From assembly GCA_963830365.1 (NCBI GenBank), contig CAWHMU010000042.1, positions 1-64,000 of the forward strand: a stretch of DNA of 64,000 bases. Reading direction: 5' to 3'. The first letter of the stretch is position 1. Each line of letters starts with the position of its first letter. The position numbers and the translations under genes were made by a program. Of the stretch, positions 60,202-64,000 are shown piece after piece. The notes under the pieces were generated by a model. It worked only from the letters and a program-made list of their open reading frames with translations, was not told the DNA's origin and did no database searches. The stretch is from an uncultured Chlamydiae bacterium (GTDB lineage: Bacteria > Chlamydiota > Chlamydiia > Chlamydiales > Parachlamydiaceae).

Positions 60202-60897
60202 TTATGATATGGCTTTGGCCAGCAGAAAGGCGGCGCCTGCCGCCATGCCGCCGACGAATACGGTTTGCAGTCCGCTTTTGAAAGGGGTGACGCCGGTGAA
60301 ATAGCCTTTGGCAACTCCGAACGCGAATAGCGCCAGCAGGGTTACCGCGGCAGAGATTGCTAGGGCAGTATGCGAATCTGCCATCACGATGTATGGGAAA
60401 AGGGGGATGATGCCCCCTGTCATATATGAGAAAGCGATGGTGAGGGCGCTTTTCAAAGCCCTGGCGGGATCCGGCTTTTCAAGTCCTAGTTCGAATTTCA
60501 TCATGAAGTCTTTCCAGGCCGTGGGGTTGCGCTTAAGGGCTGCCACTACTGGTGAGGATTCATTTTGCGACACGCCGTACTGGGAAAAGATAGCGTATAC
60601 TTCCTGCTCTTCGGCCGGCGTTTTATGGATGATTTCCAGCTGTTCGCGTTTGGCTTCGCTTTCATAGTGCTCTGCGTCACTTTTGGCCGCCAAATATCCG
60701 CCGAGGCCCATGGCGATGGAGCCGGCGGCAATTTCGGCAAAGCCGGCGGTGACGACCAGGTGTGATTCGGCGATAGCCCCGGAGATGCCGGCGGCAAGGG
60801 CGAAGGGGACAGTCAGGCCATCGGACATGCCGATGACGATGTCGCGGATGGTGTTGCCGCCCTTGAAATGTTCTTCCCGATGATAGATTGTCTTCAT
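60202..60897 (-). CDS. VIT1/CCC1 family Fe/Mn transporter
   Basis: RDIVIGMSDGLTVPFALAAG, AEIAAGSIAMGLGGYLA, MMKFELGLE. Confidence 0.93.
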   Translation of the reverse strand: MKTIYHREEHFKGGNTIRDIVIGMSDGLTVPFALAAGISGAIAESHLVVTAGFAEIAAGSIAMGLGGYLAAKSDAEHYESEAKREQLEIIHKTPAEEQEVYAIFSQYGVSQNESSPVVAALKRNPTAWKDFMMKFELGLEKPDPARALKSALTIAFSYMTGGIIPLFPYIVMADSHTALAISAAVTLLALFAFGVAKGYFTGVTPFKSGLQTVFVGGMAAGAAFLLAKAIS

Positions 60898-60938
60898 TGT
60901 GATGCCGCCTATATTATAGCATTAGCCGTAAATAACAG

Positions 60939-60985
60939 AGGCAGGTCAGCCGGACAGCATTTCTGCTGTCCGGCTGCCCTGCCTG
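60939..60985. terminator. GC-rich hairpin after the porin gene, possible terminator
   Basis: AGGCAGG-T-CAGCCGGACAGCA-TTTC-TGCTGTCCGGCTG-C-CCTGCCT; weak T tract. Confidence 0.5.
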
Positions 60986-61015
60986 ATGTTTTAGGATGAC
61001 GCTAGCTTAAGCGGC

Positions 61016-62026
61016 TTAGTAATTGAAACCGATGCCGAGTCCAAAAAATCCTCCGTCCAGGCTTAACGTGCCATCAGAACCAAGTTCGCTAAAGTCATAG
61101 ATGCGGTGTTGTTCCACGCCGAGTCTCGCCATTAAAGAAACTTCGTAGCAGGACCAGCAGAAGGATCTGTTCCAAAGCACGCCTAAGGCGATGTCAGTGC
61201 CGATATTGTTGAAACAGTGTTTTTTTGTTCCATTGCAGATGTTAACGGCACTTGTGAAAGTGTCGGTATCAAAATTATGGCCTTTAACCCTTCCATAATA
61301 AGAGACGGCACTGAAGCTGCCAAACAGGCTGAAGTTGCAGCCGATTTTCCAATCGGCTTCAAAGCCAATTTGAGGGCCAACGCCCCAGAATTTTTCTGAG
61401 TCTTCATTATCCATATTAACAACACTGCTTCCTGCCGGGATTGTGTACAATGCCACCAGGTGTGAATGTAACGTTTGATGTATTTTTACACCGCGCACAC
61501 CGATAAATGGTGTGAAATAAAAGCAAGAGGACAAATCAAAGCGCCTTCCCAAATTCAGATCAATGGTATCATATTTGATCTTCCAGCGACCGTATTGGCC
61601 ATCTTCATTAAATGAGGCTTTTCCTTCGTAATGCGTCCAGGCTGCTTCCACATCAAGGCAGTTGAGCGAAGCGCCAAGACCCACGCGGAAGCCGGGGCTC
61701 CATTTGGAGCTCGGCTCCTTATCGGACTCTATCACGGTAGTGGTGGTGATGCCGCCTGCTACCGTGGTGTCTATGATGGTAGTCCCGAAAGCACCTTCGA
61801 GGCCGCACAACTCAGGCCTCCAGTACAGCAGTTCACCGACGACGTATAGCTGGCAATCCTGCTCGTCACAGCAACTGGTGCTGCATACAGGTTCACAACA
61901 TGGCGCTGGGGCGCAGATTGCTGGAGCACAGGGTGGTGGAGCGCAGGCTGCGCCGTTTACCTGGGCTGCCGCTGCCAGCAACATACCCGTCATTACCACG
62001 TAAATCTTTTTTAGAGGGCTCGACAT
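61016..62026 (-). CDS. Lpg1974/MOMP-like outer-membrane protein with Cys/Pro-rich N-terminus
   Basis: Signal peptide, CAPPPCAPAICAPAPCC, ELLYWRP, PGFRVGLG, FWGVGPQIG, C-terminal GIGFNY. Confidence 0.85.
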   Translation of the reverse strand: MSSPLKKIYVVMTGMLLAAAAQVNGAACAPPPCAPAICAPAPCCEPVCSTSCCDEQDCQLYVVGELLYWRPELCGLEGAFGTTIIDTTVAGGITTTTVIESDKEPSSKWSPGFRVGLGASLNCLDVEAAWTHYEGKASFNEDGQYGRWKIKYDTIDLNLGRRFDLSSCFYFTPFIGVRGVKIHQTLHSHLVALYTIPAGSSVVNMDNEDSEKFWGVGPQIGFEADWKIGCNFSLFGSFSAVSYYGRVKGHNFDTDTFTSAVNICNGTKKHCFNNIGTDIALGVLWNRSFCWSCYEVSLMARLGVEQHRIYDFSELGSDGTLSLDGGFFGLGIGFNY

Positions 62027-62103
62027 AAAAGTATATTCCTACGTTAATAGTGTTTGTCTTGGCGTGAGAGCATTCACGCATGTTTTTTTATACCGGCTCT
62101 ACT

Positions 62104-62877
62104 TTATTGAACGCGTATGATGACAAGATGTGCCGAAACGGACTGTGTGCCGCCAGCTAGAGGCGTAATGGTTAGTGCCGATACACTTGAGTGATTGATC
62201 ACCTCGAGAACGCTATTTGCGAGTGATGTTGTCACAAGCGACATGCCCACGATCTGATCCGTGCCGGTGGCGCGGCCAACCACCGAATCTGCGATGGGTG
62301 TGCCATTTAGCGCTAGCGCTAGTTGTCCAGCTTCGTCCACACTGACTTGAAATTGGACTAGATAGGTACCGATATCAAGCAAATTAAATGTTGACGCAGT
62401 TAAGCGAGTAATGCCTGCACCACCAGTAGATCCGTTGTTTGGAAACTCTACCGCCGCTTCGATTGCTACAGTGGTTGCATTGTCACCTGGCATCAAGGCA
62501 AAGAAATCGGCAAAGTCCAAGACCCCGCCGGCAATGCCTTGCGATCCAGTAGCGCCTTGCGATCCGGTAGCACCTTGAGCTCCAGCAGCTCCGGTAGGAC
62601 CAGCAGGACCGCCAGATGGGCCTGTCGAGCCGACATTGCCTGTAGGTCCAGTCTGTCCAACAGGGCCACCAGAGGGGCCTGTCGTGCCGGCGATGCCGGT
62701 GGCGCCAACAGGACCTGTTCCTCCCGTAGATCCGGCAATGCCTGTCGGGCCGACAGGGCCCGGGGCTTGTGAAACAAGACGATCACCCCGTTCACAACCG
62801 GCGGATAAAGTCGATGTAAAGCCATTACCAAGCGCTAACACCATTATAAGCATGCGTAGAATCATAATTTTCCTCAC
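62104..62877 (-). CDS. Collagen-like (GXT) surface protein with BclA-C-like domain
   Basis: Signal peptide, GPT/GAT/GST triplets, C-terminal [28 protein letters not shown]. Confidence 0.85.
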   Translation of the reverse strand: MRKIMILRMLIMVLALGNGFTSTLSAGCERGDRLVSQAPGPVGPTGIAGSTGGTGPVGATGIAGTTGPSGGPVGQTGPTGNVGSTGPSGGPAGPTGAAGAQGATGSQGATGSQGIAGGVLDFADFFALMPGDNATTVAIEAAVEFPNNGSTGGAGITRLTASTFNLLDIGTYLVQFQVSVDEAGQLALALNGTPIADSVVGRATGTDQIVGMSLVTTSLANSVLEVINHSSVSALTITPLAGGTQSVSAHLVIIRVQ

Positions 62878-63037
62878 TATAAGCTGTTGTATATCGTAAA
62901 AATTAAACTTAGATCAATGGTTGCATTTAATTCTATATTTTTTTGAAAAAAAATATTTTGAATCAGCGCTTGGTATTTGGCGAACCTTGAATTTCGCCAA
63001 AAAAAGGCACCGAAACGACATAAAGGACTGAAGGTCC

Positions 63038-63150
63038 GATCTCTCTGTAGCCCGTAGTTAAGGCTTACGAGCGCAAGCGAAGACAGCCGCAACTGCGGGA
63101 AAACGGATATTTGCATTTAACTCCGTAGGAGTTCCTCTCTCTCTCTCTTT
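63038..63150. repeat. Family-B half element
   Basis: GATCTC..GTAGCCCGTAGTTAAGGC..GCGAAGACAGCCGC..AACTCCGTAGGAGTTCCTCTC matches 13725-13830. Confidence 0.8.
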
Positions 63151-63167
63151 GTGATATAAATAATTTA

Positions 63168-63655
63168 GGTTCATCTGACAAATGAGGACCTTTAGCAGGT
63201 AAAAGTATTAAGTCCTCAGATTTTGGTACAGGGTCTTTTGATTAAAAAGATTTGATAGGCCATTCAGTGATATAAACTCGCCGTGCCAGAGGGCGCGCCC
63301 GATTTTGCATGATGTATTTTTGTTGAGCCCCGTCAAGGGGCGGCCATATTTGTAGCCCATGGTGTAGTGCCAAGGGCACAAACCATGGGTGTCCTAAGAA
63401 AGAAAAACAGCCCCGAGGGGGCGTTATAATTGTTCTTTATTTTCATGCTGCTGATAGAAGCGAAGGAATTATAACGCCCCTCTGGGGCTGGATTGCTTTG
63501 GGATTGTGACCCACGGTTTGCGTCATTGACGCTACACCGTGGGCTACAAATATGGCCGCCCCTTGACGGGGCTTAGCAGCAAATGCATGATGGCCGAAGT
63601 TATCTGAGGACTTAATACTTTTACCTACCAAAGGTCCTGATTTGTCGGATGAACC
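63168..63655. mobile_element. ISL3-end MITE carrying a GTAG/GCCCC-GGGGC REP doublet (63326-63573)
   Basis: TIR ~53 bp GGTTCATC(T/C)GACAAAT..GGACCTTT..AGGTAAAAGTATTAAGTCCTCAGAT, perfect 8-bp TSD ATAATTTA. Confidence 0.92.
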
Positions 63656-64000
63656 ATAATTTATTTTGGCGACATTGGGTTGACACCTGTGGCTACATGC
63701 TTCCGCCGTATTCACGGTTAACTTAAGCCTCCAGATCCTGGAGTTTAAATGGATGAAATAGAAAACAGCCTTGCTACCTATTAAATCTTTTTAATCAAAA
63801 GAGCCTGGTTGCGGCTGTCTACGCTTGCGCTCGCGAGCTTTAAACTATGGAAAACCGCCAAACACCATTTAACACCATAGGAGTTATTCTCTTTTTTGCT
63901 TCTTGTAAAAGCACCATTTTGCCGGTTGAACCACTTTTTTTAAAGTGCACGACGGCCTGGCTAGTTACAATTTTCCTGGGGCTGGCAGGGTATGCTTTGA

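Noticed and set aside
1..64000. Prophage, integron or recognised anti-phage system
   Set aside because: No integrase, phage structural genes, attC-like array or recognisable defence genes were seen

Overview
Gene-dense bacterial chromosomal segment, most likely from an environmental chlamydia (Chlamydiota). This is inferred from two Lpg1974/MOMP-like porins, a DUF2608 protein, a chlamydial-style GlgC remnant and eukaryote-like candidate effectors. There is no rRNA, canonical tRNA or CRISPR array. Two things stand out. (1) Most larger intergenic gaps hold nested non-autonomous mobile elements. At least five unrelated interiors are bounded by the GG(T/C/G)TCATC...GATGA(A/G/C)CC terminus of the intact ISL3 transposase at the window start, with readable 8-bp target-site duplications (TSDs). 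Two others have IS50/Tn5-like ends with 9-10-bp TSDs. Many carry GTAG-initiated REP-like hairpin pairs, and they nest several layers deep. (2) An NrtR-type NUDIX/wHTH regulator has two canonical NrtR boxes flanking a promoter. That promoter points at a PhyH dioxygenase, a kinase-glycosyltransferase fusion and a CGA-synthase-like glycosyltransferase rather than at NAD salvage genes. Downstream of nrtR lie a tRNA-like RNA lacking a D arm and a nucleotidyltransferase-kinase fusion. Also present are a GC-richer ackA-xfp-mgtA-GH13 block, a detoxification-like gene run with a MerR/TipAS regulator, and three disrupted genes. All protein calls come from motif recognition only; no searches were run.
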